Shown here: piece by piece, positions 1 through 15,005 of the stretch
Layout of the letters: each line of letters begins with the position of its first letter
How positions within the stretch are numbered: position 1 is the first letter of the stretch
Assembly (NCBI GenBank): GCA_951406725.2
Contig: CATOCA020000017.1
Coordinates: 1-64,000 of the forward strand
Direction of reading: 5' to 3'
Origin: Octopus vulgaris
Taxonomy: Eukaryota
Length of the DNA stretch: 64,000 bases
Position numbers and translations under genes: made by a program
The notes under the pieces: model-generated
Told to the model about the DNA's origin: nothing
Database searches by the model: none
The model's input: only the letters and a program-made list of their open reading frames with translations

Positions 1-4
1 AAAT

Positions 5-6
<2 letters not shown>

Positions 7-53
<47 letters not shown>
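7..53. repeat. (TA)n microsatellite
   Basis: Perfect TA dinucleotide run. Confidence 0.95.
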
Positions 54-55
<2 letters not shown>

Positions 56-87
56 TCTCTTTCTCTCAACACACATGTACATTAGCA

Positions 88-362
88 AGCAGGCATGGCT
101 GTGTGATAAGACGCTTGCTTCGCAACCACATCGTTTCGGATTCAATCCTACTACATGGCACTTTGGGCAAGTGTCTTCTACCATAGCTCCAGAATTTGGT
201 AGACGGAGACTGAAGTAAGCCCATCGGGCCTATATACATGTGTGCATGTGCTTGTGTTGCTTTGTATTTGAGTTTGTCCCCATTACCGCTGGACAACCGT
301 TGTTGGTTTGTATATGTCCCATGCCAGCAAAAAAGTCCGATGAAGTAAGTAGTTGGTTTAAA
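88..362 (+). mobile_element. Degenerate tRNA-derived SINE (cephalopod type)
   Basis: A-box-like TGGCTGTGTGAT and B-box-like GGATTCAATCC, then GGCACTTTGGGCAAGTGTCTTCTA...TTTGGTAGACGGAGACTGAA, which I recognise from abundant Octopus SINEs; boundaries approximate. Confidence 0.65.
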
Positions 363-1009
363 ACATCGGTGGCATTACGGTATTTCCGGCACTTCAAGTT
401 AGCTAAATCGTTTGATTTTTCGGTGACTACTCTCGATAGCAAATGCGTTTCTCCTTCGATATATTCGAGGCCTCTAAAAAAGCACCACTCAATATGAAGC
501 AGACCACCAAAGCCGACAAGCCACAATTCATGCAGAGACAAATAGAATGATCTACAACAATTGGAAGATGACCACAAATTATAGCTGGGAGGTGTTGAAT
601 CTCCACCGCAATGCATTCAAGCACACGCGCTTTTCCAGGATCGTTCAAATTCCAAATTACAACCAAATTTTTAATCAAGCTTTTTCAATTAAGGGTGAAG
701 CAGAATTGTAACAACTGATAACCGATCTGGTATATTGTTTCTATATTATTGTTATGTTCCCTTCGCCAAATGTAGAATGCAGTGCTGGATGCATACAACT
801 GTGTCTTTGTAACAGTCTCCAGATCATCAGAGCGTTGGATCCTCCACAACGCACTGCGTTTGTCAAATAGAACGAACTTGACGTTAATGTACAAGCAATA
901 TGCCGGATCGATTATAAAATATATCACTTCTGCTTGAGCCCAAGTCCTTTACAACATACAGGTATAAACAAAAGGGACACGCAACAGCACAAACTGCATC
1001 ATCTTGATG

Positions 1010-3522
<2,513 letters not shown>

Positions 3523-3549
3523 ATTATTATTATTATTATTATTATTATT
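3523..3549. repeat. (ATT)n tract between the Dong-like 5' junction and Tx1 copy 1
   Basis: Read directly. Confidence 0.95.
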
Positions 3550-3768
3550 CCTTCCGACGCCGATGGACGTACGTGAATCAGCTCTGTGAGTTTTGTGCCA
3601 ATTTTATTGGAAATTTTTTAATAAGCTTGAATATTTTTTAATATTTTTGTAGCCAAACCGACCGGCTTCTTGCGGAGCTCGTCGGTTGGGCGAAATTTTG
3701 CCCCATTCGGGGTGAAATTACTGTCTATCCTTTTGAAATTGACATTTTTTGCACACACACATTACAAA

Positions 3769-4802
3769 ATGGCACTAAAACGAGCTGCTGGCTCTTCCCT
3801 CCTTCTTGCAACACCCCCCTACAAGAACAAAAAAAAATAACGTCACGGGTTACGTACAACCCATTTCAGGCCGTAAAAGGCAACAAAGCTCCTCCTTCCG
3901 AACCGGAGAGCACGCGCTCGGTTCAAAAGGAGAATGCATGCCAGGACGTCGCGTTCGACGTCACTCTTGATTTCCCCCTCTGCCTTCAACAAGTGATGCT
4001 GTACCGAAGGGGGAGGTAAAGAAAATTATAACAGACACAAACACAGACAAGAACCAACAAAAAACGGTAAAGCTTCTAACGATTTTGCTTCTGCTGCGAA
4101 GCAAATTTCGGAAGATGTAGAAATTACAATGGAGGACATAAAAATGGCACAAGATTTGTTGAGAAAGGAGGGGAACAGTGTTTTCCTCAACACACCTCAA
4201 CAACTCACACAAGAGACAAGCAAAAGAACAATCTTTTATAAAGTCTTCGAAAAGAAAACTAAAAGATTGTTTAACGCCACACCACAACAGTTGGAGATGG
4301 CTCTGAAGCCCATTTGGGGCCAGAAGAGCTATGTGACAAGAGGGAAGCGATTTGGAACCGTGGAGGTTCGCTTCCCAACAGAGGAGCTTGCAAGGGCGAA
4401 CGCCATTTCGCCCTTGCAAAATGAACATTTGTTCCTCGTCCCGACGTACCTCGGGCGTAAGGTACAAAAAAATAACTATAAGCACAATACCCCCCGAACA
4501 GAAAATCTCATGGCTAGTGGCGGCTGTCCTCTATGGCATAGAGGACACTGCCACTATTCTGAATGTTCGGAGGGTACGAGAAAAGAACTGGTCAGGCATG
4601 GGTATTCAACTGCTGGTACAGATCCAGCAGGAAAACATCAATGCCATACCTGACTTTGTCATCTTGCTGGATGGGACCAGGCTAAATGTTATTGTAGAGG
4701 GGCGAAAGCCAAAATGTTTCCTCTGCAGTAGCGAAAGCCACCTAAAAAGGGACTGCCCCATTCAAAAAAAGAGAATGGAGGAGTATAGCAAGAGGCAGCA
4801 GC

Positions 4803-4839
<37 letters not shown>

Positions 4840-5664
4840 CAAGCAACAACAACAGAAACAACAAAAACAGCAAGAAAAACCAAAGGCTGCCACACCACCA
4901 ACACCATCACCAACACCAGCACCAAGACGAACAACACCACCTCCAACAACAACAACCACCACCAAACCAACACCGACAACCACCACCAAACCAACACCGA
5001 CACCAGTACCTCGAAGGTCGACAGCAGCGACATCAACAGTAACAGGAGCAGCGGCGGCACCACCGATACCGGCGGAACCTAAAACTTTTCGTCCTGCTAC
5101 TGAAGCAGACCCCTCAACCATTCCTTTGCCGGATGAAGAGATCTCGGATTGTGCGAGCTCGGATTCCAACAAAGGAGAATGGAATATAGTACCTCCAAAA
5201 AAGAAAAGGAGGAAAAACAAAAAGTTTTACAGGGGAAGCACGAACAAATAGTACTTCCCAACATCAACAACAACATCAACAACAACACACACTCACAACA
5301 ACAAACAACAACAACAACACTTTCGACACCACTACTGCCACTACCACAGACACAAACAAACACAGACACAATTACAGACACGATTACAGCAGTGAATACA
5401 AGAAACCAGGAACTGGTTGAGTATTTGAAAAACAAAACAAGCACAAACATTACAGATTTCATAATACCTACACACAACACACCACCAGCACACATTCTCA
5501 CAATAAAAATAAACAAAACAGTGTACAATGAAATAAAACAAATATTCCCTAACGATGTGGGATCGTTAGGGAAAAGTTTCTCTCAGAAACTTTACAAAAA
5601 TATTATTGAAGCACCCGTGCAAAAGCACAAGGGAGCCACCCCCACCACCAACAACAGTAAGTAG
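3769..5664 (+). CDS. ORF1 (type A), nucleic-acid-binding protein; several 1-nt frameshifts in A runs
   Basis: MALKRAAGSS..., CX2CX4HX4C knuckle CFLCSSESHLKRDC, polyQ and Pro/Thr region, PPKKKRRK; colinear with intact copy 5. Confidence 0.8.
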
Positions 5665-5704
5665 AGCCTTTTTTCTCCTTTTTTTTTTCCCTAATTCTTG
5701 AGAC

Positions 5705-8700
5705 ATGGCAAATCTTAGAATCGGTTGCTTGAATGTGAGAGGCCTCGGGTCACCTTGGAAACAGGGTCACCTGTTAAACGACCTGAGGTTTCATGATGTG
5801 GATATAGCAGCCATCAGTGAAACCAGGCTCTCCGACCCGCAGGAACTCGCAGCCCTTTTCGGCGGATACGAGATATTTCTATCTCCGTGTCGGCCGGGAG
5901 CGGGCGGTGGTGGTACTGCGGTGTTGTTTCGGAAGGGCCTGGACCTGAAAATAAGAACAGTCTTCTTGGATCCGGAAGGTAAGTTGGTGGTCCTCGACGT
6001 GGACGGTAGTGACGGCGGTGCTTTCAGACTGCTGGCTGCCTACGCTCCGACAGGAGCAGGGCAGTCGGATTATTTCAAACGTCTGGAAGTTTTCCTGGGA
6101 ACGTCACGCACTCTAGTACTAGTTGGGGATTGGAACGCTGTCTTAGACGAACGTTTCGATCGGGTGGGCAGGGGAGCGTCTGTTAGGAGAGGGGGTGGGT
6201 GCAAGAGCCTCGCCAACCTACTCGGCCGCTTTCAGCTGTCCGACAGGTTTCGACTAGACAACCCGAATGTGCCAATGTGGACTTGGACAAACCGCATCGG
6301 GTCGTCTAGATCGTACTTAGATAGAGTGTTTTGTAGGCCAGCGGATAAGGACAGCGTAGGGTGTCCACAATTCCACCTAGTCGAATATACGGACCACAAA
6401 TTAGTGATCTGTACGGTCGACTTAGATAGGCTACATAGACAGGGACCCGGCTACTGGAAGCTGAACGCGTCGTTAACGGCGTGCAAAGCTTACAGAGACC
6501 GGATTAGTTTACTAGTTAAGCGGGCGCTCACGGGGGCAATCATCAACAACAACTGGTGGTTTGCCCTCAAGAGAGCAATTAGAGTAGAGTCGATTAGGTA
6601 TAGTAAGACTCTAGCTATTGAACGTAGGAAGAGAGAGCGGGATTTAGTTAAGAAACTAGACGAGGCTCTTGACACTGGCATCGCGACCGACGTGTTGGCG
6701 GCAAGGTTGGCCCTCGACCAACACTTCGACGCCAAACACGAAGGCTGCGTTGTCAGAGCTAAGGCACGTTCGCTAAGCGGGGAGGGGACTAGAGCCGCTC
6801 GATGGGCCCGCGTGGCGGAGGCGAAGCGAGGCAACAGAGCAACCATTCGGTCTTTGGTGGACCAGAACGGGCGCGAGGTTACCCAACCGAAGCAGATGTG
6901 TACGGTACTTCAGCGGCACTTTGCTCAACTGTTTGGGACGAGCGGTGGAACGGACACCAACGGTACAGACTTCGGTGTGTACCTGGACGGACTGCCGCAA
7001 CTCTCGGACAGCGAGGCAGAGTGCTGCGAAGGACCGATATCTGCCTGGGAAGTACAGGAAGCGATGAAGAGTTGCACGAGAGGTAGATCGCCGGGTTTGG
7101 ATGGTCTGCCCTACGAGCTTTACTTTTCAATGCCAGACTTGTTTGCGGACCTGTTGGCAAACGTCTACTGCAACTGGCAGCAAAACGGGAGAATTCCTGC
7201 TTTTGTCTGTCGAGGGGTGGTGGCTTTGCTAAAGAAGGACCCAAACAAGGGGGACGTTATAGGCAATTTCCGGCCCATCACTCTGCTCAATGCAGAGTTG
7301 AAGATTTTGGCCAAGGTGCTAGCCAAGAGATTGGCGCTTGTCGTGGACAAGCTGGTCGGCGGGACGCAGACATGCGCCGTGCCGACCAGGTCGATACACG
7401 ACAACCTCCATCTCATGCGCTACATCATAGAGAGGGTGGGTAACGACGCTGGCGCGGGTGGGGCTTTGATCAACTTGGATCAGAGTAAAGCCTTCGATAG
7501 GGTCGACCATCGGTACCTGGCAGCTGTCCTCAAGGCAGCCGGCTTCGGTCCAGTCTTCCGCGGGTGGATCGCTGCTTTATACAGCAACATCTGCTCGGTG
7601 ATACGGGTGAACGGTCACCTTTCGGAACCGTTCGACATCTCGCGTTCGGTCCGCCAAGGATGCCCTCTCTCCTCCCTCTTGTACATTTTGACTCTCGAGC
7701 CATTACTGCGCAAGTTGGAGGCTTTGAGGGGCATCCCGCGCGATCTAGGAGGCGGAAACAGCGTGTCTGCTTATGCCGACGACGTCACCGTGGTGGTGTC
7801 GAGCCACAGGCACATTGGCCTGATTGGCGAGACGCTAAACCAGTACGAAGCGGTGACAGGGGCAAAGATTAACGCGGAAAAGTCTGTGGGCTTGCAACTG
7901 GGCACCTGGAGAGGCAAGCCCATGCCGTCCAACAGCGTCGTAGGGCGCTGGACAGACGGACCCGTTAAACTGCTCGGGGTCTGGTTCGGTCCGGACCTCC
8001 AGGTGGATAAGAACTGGGAAGAGGTGACGAGCAGGGTGGCACGTCTCACCCAGAAATGGGCCGAGAGGAAGCTGTCCCTGAAAGGTCGAGCGGAGGTGGC
8101 GAATGCGTACATCGCATCCGTCATCTATTACCGCTTGACCGTCGTCCCTTGTCCCGACCGCTGGTTGGCCAAGCTGGTACGCCTGCTCTTCGACTTTTTG
8201 TGGAAGGGTCAGGTGCCACTGGTCAGGCGATCCATCTGCTGTCAACGACCGCTGAACGGAGGCCTTGGAATGCCGTGGTTGCTGTTGCGCAGACATGCGC
8301 TCAGGCTGCGGCATCTCAAGCGCTTCCTAGACGGTGAACAGGTGTGGTCGTCTTTTGTCAGACGCGATTTTCCGCAGCTCGTCTCTTTGACGGAGCTGCA
8401 GACCTGGATCAAACGTAGACCGAGAAAGGGCGCTTGGCACCTCGAGTGCCGTCAAGCCCTCTCCGCCCTCCACCAGGCGGGCAATGCGGTCGGTTACAGC
8501 TCCACTCTAGCGTTCTATAGAGGGTTAGTGGAGGAAAAATGCGACGACGTTCTCGGGGAAACTCTAGGCGTTGAAGACGACGAACTGAGCGGTCTGTTCG
8601 GGAGGACTTTCGGGCCGGGGCCGATGGATAATTTCCAGAGGTCTCTCGCCTGGCAGTGCTACCGAGGGGCTCTGCCTGTTCGAGATAAACTCTACCGGCA

Positions 8701-9139
8701 CGGAAGTGCCGTCAGCCGGGCCTGCCCGAGGTGTTGCCAGGACGACGAAACCGTTCTGCACGCACTCGTCCAGTGCCCGAGTATTGCTGAAATATGGGTT
8801 TATGTCGAACAGCTACTGTCACGTGTAGGACGGATCCGACTATCGGCCGAATCCATAGTGAAGATTGCCCCGCCGACCTCCTTTAACAAGGAGGGCGAGG
8901 CCGTTTTCTTGTGCCTTGTGGCTGTGGCGAAAGAAGTCGTGTGGTGGACTCGTTTGAAAGGGCTAAAGTCAGACACTTTCCTCTTTGGTCAAGGCCTCAT
9001 CAACTTTTTCAAGTTTCACTTGAAAAGGAAGATGAGGTTAGAGAGGAAAGTGCTGTCCGATAGCAAGTTTTATGAAAGGTGGGTGAATTGTGCGAGACTG
9101 GCCTGTATAAATGGACCAGTTCTCAGGTTTCGCCTGTGA
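5705..9139 (+). CDS. ORF2: APE endonuclease + reverse transcriptase + CCHC, intact, 1144 aa
   Basis: LNVRGL, ISETR, VGDWN, YLDRVF, TDH (APE); NFRPITLLN, DQSKAFDRV, VRQGCPLS, YADDVT (RT); CPRCx8HxxxxC. Confidence 0.96.
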   Translation: MANLRIGCLNVRGLGSPWKQGHLLNDLRFHDVDIAAISETRLSDPQELAALFGGYEIFLSPCRPGAGGGGTAVLFRKGLDLKIRTVFLDPEGKLVVLDVDGSDGGAFRLLAAYAPTGAGQSDYFKRLEVFLGTSRTLVLVGDWNAVLDERFDRVGRGASVRRGGGCKSLANLLGRFQLSDRFRLDNPNVPMWTWTNRIGSSRSYLDRVFCRPADKDSVGCPQFHLVEYTDHKLVICTVDLDRLHRQGPGYWKLNASLTACKAYRDRISLLVKRALTGAIINNNWWFALKRAIRVESIRYSKTLAIERRKRERDLVKKLDEALDTGIATDVLAARLALDQHFDAKHEGCVVRAKARSLSGEGTRAARWARVAEAKRGNRATIRSLVDQNGREVTQPKQMCTVLQRHFAQLFGTSGGTDTNGTDFGVYLDGLPQLSDSEAECCEGPISAWEVQEAMKSCTRGRSPGLDGLPYELYFSMPDLFADLLANVYCNWQQNGRIPAFVCRGVVALLKKDPNKGDVIGNFRPITLLNAELKILAKVLAKRLALVVDKLVGGTQTCAVPTRSIHDNLHLMRYIIERVGNDAGAGGALINLDQSKAFDRVDHRYLAAVLKAAGFGPVFRGWIAALYSNICSVIRVNGHLSEPFDISRSVRQGCPLSSLLYILTLEPLLRKLEALRGIPRDLGGGNSVSAYADDVTVVVSSHRHIGLIGETLNQYEAVTGAKINAEKSVGLQLGTWRGKPMPSNSVVGRWTDGPVKLLGVWFGPDLQVDKNWEEVTSRVARLTQKWAERKLSLKGRAEVANAYIASVIYYRLTVVPCPDRWLAKLVRLLFDFLWKGQVPLVRRSICCQRPLNGGLGMPWLLLRRHALRLRHLKRFLDGEQVWSSFVRRDFPQLVSLTELQTWIKRRPRKGAWHLECRQALSALHQAGNAVGYSSTLAFYRGLVEEKCDDVLGETLGVEDDELSGLFGRTFGPGPMDNFQRSLAWQCYRGALPVRDKLYRHGSAVSRACPRCCQDDETVLHALVQCPSIAEIWVYVEQLLSRVGRIRLSAESIVKIAPPTSFNKEGEAVFLCLVAVAKEVVWWTRLKGLKSDTFLFGQGLINFFKFHLKRKMRLERKVLSDSKFYERWVNCARLACINGPVLRFRL

Positions 9140-9655
9140 TTTCAAAGAAAAAGGTAATGTAAAAGGAGAAGAAAGGGGACTCTCTACACCCCCTTTTTGA
9201 CCAGGCTCCCGTTGGCTTTTGTAGGGTTTTTTCCACCGGGAACATTTCGAGACGTCTCCCCCTTTTGGGAGTTTTTCATTGTTGAATTTTATAAGTTGTT
9301 ATAAAGATTTTTACTCGATGTTTTTAAAAAACGGCAAAACCCTTTGTAACCTTTCGTCCTGTCTTGTCCCTTTATGTAATCATGCGTGTCAGCCCTTGTG
9401 GCCAATAAAAAAGAATTGATTATTATTATTATTATTCCTTCCGACGCCGATGGACGTACGTGAATCAGCTCTGTGAGTTTTGTGCCAATTTCATTGGAAA
9501 TTTTTTAATAAGCTTGAATATTTTTTAATATTTTTGTAGCCAAACCGACCGGCTTCTTGCGGAGCTCGTCGGTTGGGCGAAATTTTGCCCCATTCGGGGT
9601 GAAATTACTGTCTATCCTTTTGAAATTGACATTTTTTGCACACACACATTACAAA

Positions 9656-11534
9656 ATGGCACTAAAACGAGCTGCTGGCTCTTCCTCCTTCTTGCAACAC
9701 CCCCTACAAGAACAAAAAAAAATAACGTCACGGGTTACGTACAACCCATTTCAGGCCGTAAAAGGCAACAAAGCTCCTCCTTCCGAACCGGAGAGCACGC
9801 GCTCGGTTCAAAAGGAGAATGCATGCCAGGACGTCGCGTTCGACGTCACTCTTGATTTTCCCCCTCTGCCTTCAACAAGTGATGCTGTACCGAAGGGGGA
9901 GGTAAAGAAAATTATAACAGACACAAACACAGACAAGAACCAACAAAAAACTGTAAAAGCTTCTAACGATTTTGCTTCTGCTGCGAAGCAAATTTCGGAA
10001 GATGTAGAAATTACAATGGAGGACATAAAAATGGCACAAGATTTGTTGAGAAAGGAGGGGAACAGTGTTTTCCTCAACACACCTCAACAACTCACACAAG
10101 AAACAAGCAAAAGAACAATCTTTTATAAAGTCTTCGAAAAGAAAACTAAAAGATTGTTTAACGCCACACCACAACAGTTGGAGATGGCTCTGAAGCCCAT
10201 TTGGGGCCAGAAGAGCTATGTGACAAGAGGGAAGCGATTTGGAACCGTGGAGGTTCGCTTCCCAACAGAGGAGCTTGCAAGGGCAAACGCCATTTCGCCC
10301 TTGCAAAATGAACATTTGTTCCTCGTCCCGACGTACCTCGGGCGTAAGGTACAAAAAATAACCATAAGCACAATACCCCCCGAACAGAAAATCTCATGGC
10401 TAGTGGCGGCTGTCCTCTATGGCATAGAGGACACTGCCACTATTCTGAATGTTCGGAGGGTACGAGAAAAGAACTGGTCAGGCATGGGTATTCAACTGCT
10501 GGTACAGATCCAGCAGGAAAACATCAATGCCATACCTGACTTTGTCATCTTGCTGGATGGGACCAGGCTAAATGTTATTGTAGAGGGGCGAAAGCCAAAA
10601 TGTTTCCTCTGCAGTAGCGAAAGCCACCTAAAAGGGACTGCCCCATTCAAAAAAGAGAATGGAGGAGTATAGCAAGAGGGCAGCAGCAACAACAACAACA
10701 ACAACAACAACACAAGCAACAACAACAGAAACAACAAAAACAGCAAGAAAAACCAAAGGCTGCCACACCACCAACACCATCACCAACACCAGCACCAAGA
10801 CGAACAACACCACCTCCAACAACAACAACCACCACCAAACCAACACCGACAACCACCACCAAACCAACACCGACACCAGTACCTCGAAGGTCGACAGCAG
10901 CGACATCAACAGTAACAGGAGCAGCGGCACCACCGATACCGGCGGAACCTAAAACTTTTCGTCCTGCTACTGAAGCAGACCCCTCAACCATTCCTTTGCC
11001 GGATGAAGAGATCTCGGATTGTGCGAGCTCGGATTCCAACAAAGGAGAATGGAATATAGTACCTCCAAAAAAGAAAAGGAGGAAAAACAAAAAGTTTTAC
11101 AGGGGAAGCACGAACAAATAGTACTTCCCAACATCAACAACAACATCAACAACAACACACACTCACAACAACAAACAACAACAACAACACTTTCGACACC
11201 ACTACTGCCACTACCACAGACACAAACAAACACAGACACAATTACAGACACGATTACAGCAGTGAATACAAGAAACCAGGAACTGGTTGAGTATTTGAAA
11301 AACAAAACAAGCACAAACATTACAGATTTCATAATACCTACACACAACACACCACCAGCACACATTCTCACAATAAAAATAAACAAAACAGTGTACAATG
11401 AAATAAAACAAATATTCCCTAACGATGTGGGATCGTTAGGGAAAAGTTTCTCTCAGAAACTTTACAAAAATATTATTGAAGCACCCGTGCAAAAGCACAA
11501 GGGAGCCACCCCCACCACCAACAACAGTAAGTAG
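9656..11534 (+). CDS. ORF1 (type A), frameshifted in homopolymer runs
   Basis: ORF pieces 9557-10672 and 11019-11534 match copy 5 ORF1. Confidence 0.78.
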
Positions 11535-11571
11535 AGCCTTTTTTCTCCTTTTTTTCCCTAATTCTTGAGAC

Positions 11572-14500
11572 ATGGCAAATCTTAGAATCGGTTGCTTGAA
11601 TGTGAGAGGCCTCGGGTCACCTTGGAAACAGGGTCACCTGTTAAACGACCTGAGGTTTCATGATGTGGATATAGCAGCCATCAGTGAAACCAGGCTCTCC
11701 GACCCGCAGGAACTCGCAGCCCTTTTCGGCGGATACGAGATATTTCTATCTCCGTGTCGGCCGGGAGCGGGCGGTGGTGGTACTGCGGTGTTGTTTCGGA
11801 AGGGCCTGGACCTGAAAATAAGGACAGTCTTCTTGGATCCGGAAGGTAAGTTGGTGGTCCTCGACGTGGACGGTAGTGACGGCGGTGCTTTCAGACTGCT
11901 GGCTGCCTACGCTCCGACAGGAGCAGGGCAGTCGGATTATTTCAAACGTCTGGAAGTTTTCCTGGGAACGTCACGCACTCTAGTACTAGTTGGGGATTGG
12001 AACGCTGTCTTAGACGAACGTTTCGATCGGGTGGGCAGGGGAGCGTCTGTTAGGAGAGGGGGTGGGTGCAAGAGCCTCGCCAACCTACTCGGCCGCTTTC
12101 AGCTGTCCGACAGGTTTCGACTAGACAACCCGAATGTGCCAATGTGGACTTGGACAAACCGCATCGGGTCGTCTAGATCGTACTTAGATAGAGTGTTTTG
12201 TAGGCCAGCGGATAAGGACAGCGTAGGGTGTCCACAATTCCACCTAGTCGAATATACGGACCACAAATTAGTGATCTGTACGGTCGACTTAGATAGGCTA
12301 CATAGACAGGGACCCGGCTACTGGAAGCTGAACGCGTCGTTAACGGCGTGCAAAGCTTACAGAGACCGGATTAGTTTACTAGTTAAGCGGGCGCTCACGG
12401 GGGCAATCATCAACAACAACTGGTGGTTTGCCCTCAAGAGAGCAATTAGAGTAGAGTCGATTAGGTATAGTAAGACTCTAGCTATTGAACGTAGGAAGAG
12501 AGAGCGGGATTTAGTTAAGAAACTAGACGAGGCTCTTGACACTGGCATCGCGACCGACGTGTTGGCGGCAAGGTTGGCCCTCGACCAACACTTCGACGCC
12601 AAACACGAAGGCTGCGTTGTCAGAGCTAAGGCACGTTCGCTAAGCGGGGAGGGGACTAGAGCCGCTCGATGGGCCCGCGTGGCGGAGGCGAAGCGAGGCA
12701 ACAGAGCAACCATTCGGTCTTTGGTGGACCAGAACGGGCGCGAGGTTACCCAACCGAAGCAGATGTGTACGGTACTTCAGCGGCACTTTGCTCAACTGTT
12801 TGGGACGAGCGGTGGAACGGACACCAACGGTACAGACTTCGGTGTGTACCTGGACGGACTGCCGCAACTCTCGGACAGCGAGGCAGAGTGCTGCGAAGGA
12901 CCGATATCTGCCTGGGAAGTACAGGAAGCGATGAAGAGTTGCACGAGAGGTAGATCGCCGGGTTTGGATGGTCTGCCCTACGAGCTTTACTTTTCAATGC
13001 CAGACTTGTTTGCGGACCTGTTGGCAAACGTCTACTGCAACTGGCAGCAAAACGGGAGAATTCCTGCTTTTGTCTGTCGAGGGGTGGTGGCTTTGCTAAA
13101 GAAGGACCCAAACAAGGGGGACGTTATAGGAATTTCCGGCCCATCACTCTGCTCAATGCAGAGTTGAAGATTTTGGCCAAGGTGCTAGCCAAGAGATTGG
13201 CGCTTGTCGTGGACAAGCTGGTCGGCGGGACGCAGACATGCGCCGTGCCGACCAGGTCGATACACGACAACCTCCATCTCATGCGCTACATCATAGAGAG
13301 GGTGGGTAACGACGCTGGCGCGGGTGGGGCTTTGATCAACTTGGATCAGAGTAAAGCCTTCGATAGGGTCGACCATCGGTACCTGGCAGCTGTCCTCAAG
13401 GCAGCCGGCTTCGGTCCAGTCTTCCGCGGGTGGATCGCTGCTTTATACAGCAACATCTGCTCGGTGATACGGGTGAACGGTCACCTTTCGGAACCGTTCG
13501 ACATCTCGCGTTCGGTCCGCCAAGGATGCCCTCTCTCCTCCCTCTTGTACATTTTGACTCTCGAGCCATTACTGCGCAAGTTGGAGGCTTTGAGGGGCAT
13601 CCCGCGCGATCTAGGAGGCGGAAACAGCGTGTCTGCTTATGCCGACGACGTCACCGTGGTGGTGTCGAGCCACAGGCACATTGGCCTGATTGGCGAGACG
13701 CTAAACCAGTACGAAGCGGTGACAGGGGCAAAGATTAACGCGGAAAAGTCTGTGGGCTTGCAACTGGGCACCTGGAGAGGCAAGCCCATGCCGTCCAACA
13801 GCGTCGTAGGGCGCTGGACAGACGGACCCGTTAAACTGCTCGGGGTCTGGTTCGGTCCGGACCTCCAGGTGGATAAGAACTGGGAAGAGGTGACGAGCAG
13901 GGTGGCACGTCTCACCCAGAAATGGGCCGAGAGGAAGCTGTCCCTGAAAGGTCGAGCGGAGGTGGCGAATGCGTACATCGCATCCGTCATCTATTACCGC
14001 TTGACCGTCGTCCCTTGTCCCGACCGCTGGTTGGCCAAGCTGGTACGTCTGCTCTTCGACTTTTTGTGGAAGGGTCAGGTGCCACTGGTCAGGCGATCCA
14101 TCTGCTGTCAACGACCGCTGAACGGAGGCCTTGGAATGCCGTGGTTGCTGTTGCGCAGACATGCGCTCAGGCTGCGGCATCTCAAGCGCTTCCTAGACGG
14201 TGAACAGGTGTGGTCGTCTTTTGTCAGACGCGATTTTCCGCAGCTCGTCTCTTTGACGGAGCTGCAGACCTGGATCAAACGTAGACCGAGAAAGGGCGCT
14301 TGGCACCTCGAGTGCCGTCAAGCCCTCTCCGCCCTCCACCAGGCGGGCAATGCGGTCGGTTACAGCTCCACTCTAGCGTTCTATAGAGGGTTAGTGGAGG
14401 AAAAATGCGACGACGTTCTCGGGGAAACTCTAGGCGTTGAAGACGACGAACTGAGCGGTCTGTTCGGGAGGACTTTCGGGCCGGGGCCGATGGATAATTT

Positions 14501-15005
14501 CCAGAGGTCTCTCGCCTGGCAGTGCTACCGAGGGGCTCTGCCTGTTCGAGATAAACTCTACCGGCACGGAAGTGCCGTCAGCCGGGCCTGCCCGAGGTGT
14601 TGCCAGGACGACGAAACCGTTCTGCACGCACTCGTCCAGTGCCCGAGTATTGCTGAAATATGGGTTTATGTCGAACAGCTACTGTCACGTGTAGGACGGA
14701 TCCGACTATCGGCCGAATCCATAGTGAAGATTGCCCCGCCGACCTCCTTTAACAAGGAGGGCGAGGCCGTTTTCTTGTGCCTTGTGGCTGTGGCGAAAGA
14801 AGTCGTGTGGTGGACTCGTTTGAAAGGGCTAAAGTCAGACACTTTCCTCTTTGGTCAAGGCCTCATCAACTTTTTCAAGTTTCACTTGAAAAGGAAGATG
14901 AGGTTAGAGAGGAAAGTGCTGTCCGATAGCAAGTTTTATGAAAGGTGGGTGAATTGTGCGAGACTGGCCTGTATAAATGGACCAGTTCTCAGGTTTCGCC
15001 TGTGA
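11572..15005 (+). CDS. ORF2 with a 1-nt deletion near 13130
   Basis: ATAGGAATTT versus ATAGG(C/G)AATTT in other copies; otherwise identical protein. Confidence 0.88.

Larger units (their letters stand above)
3550..9436 (+). mobile_element. L1/Tx1-clade LINE, tandem copy 1 (full length, ORF1 type A)
   Basis: Starts CCTTCCGACGCCG, ends GGCCAATAAAAAAGAATTG(ATT)n; two-ORF structure. Confidence 0.93.

Noticed and set aside
3559-3712. HDV-like ribozyme in the Tx1 5'UTR (GCCGATG pairing with CGTCGGT)
   Set aside because: P1 is broken in type B, and P2/P1.1 cannot be placed in canonical register
3769-5664. Programmed frameshifting in ORF1
   Set aside because: Shifts occur at different homopolymers in different copies and copy 5 is fully open, so errors or mutations are more likely
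6490-8761. Antisense and alternative-frame ORFs recurring in every array copy
   Set aside because: Expected shadows of a GC-rich ORF2; they recur only because the copies are near-identical
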